Of a stretch of DNA of 64,000 nt, positions 63,902 to 64,000 are shown in pieces. Below the pieces are notes generated by a model that worked only from the letters and a program-made list of their open reading frames with translations, ran no database searches and was not told the DNA's origin. Made by a program: the position numbers and the translations under genes. Source of the DNA: Octopus bimaculoides (lineage: Eukaryota); NCBI RefSeq assembly GCF_001194135.2, contig NC_069007.1, forward strand, positions 11,555,691 to 11,619,690, read 5' to 3'. The number at the start of each line of letters is the position of its first letter. Position 1 is the first letter of the stretch.

Positions 63902-64000
63902 ACCAAATTCCTCAACTACACAATCATGCTTGTACAGACTTACCATAATATATGCCATGTTTGTCCAATAAAATACATAACATCTGTAAATTCACAAAAT

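Overview
AT-rich, repeat-dominated eukaryotic draft-assembly DNA with about 13 N-gaps. The SINE families and the very high (TA)n/(CA)n/(CAT)n/(ATT)n microsatellite density suggest an Octopus-type cephalopod; this is inference from recalled repeat families, not a database result. No confidently identifiable host gene, rRNA, tRNA or CRISPR array is present, and almost all ORFs in the supplied track are microsatellite or gap artefacts. Recognisable content: four interspersed SINE families; decayed non-LTR retroelements (R4/Dong at a TAA repeat, CR1/L2, Crack-like L2, HERO-like, a CCHC ORF1, a Penelope GIY-YIG fragment); mariner and Tigger/pogo transposase relics; and several MITE/foldback elements. 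The most striking unexplained signal is a set of about ten type I hammerhead-ribozyme motifs from at least three sequence families. Most sit in short unique inserts between (TA)n tracts, have extended stem II and near-palindromic stem III, and occur twice as divergent inverted pairs. One copy (60461-60524) has a completely canonical catalytic core. A Thr-rich frame-preserving minisatellite ORF and several low-confidence candidate exons on both strands are also reported. All alignments, folds and translations were done by eye, so element boundaries are approximate.
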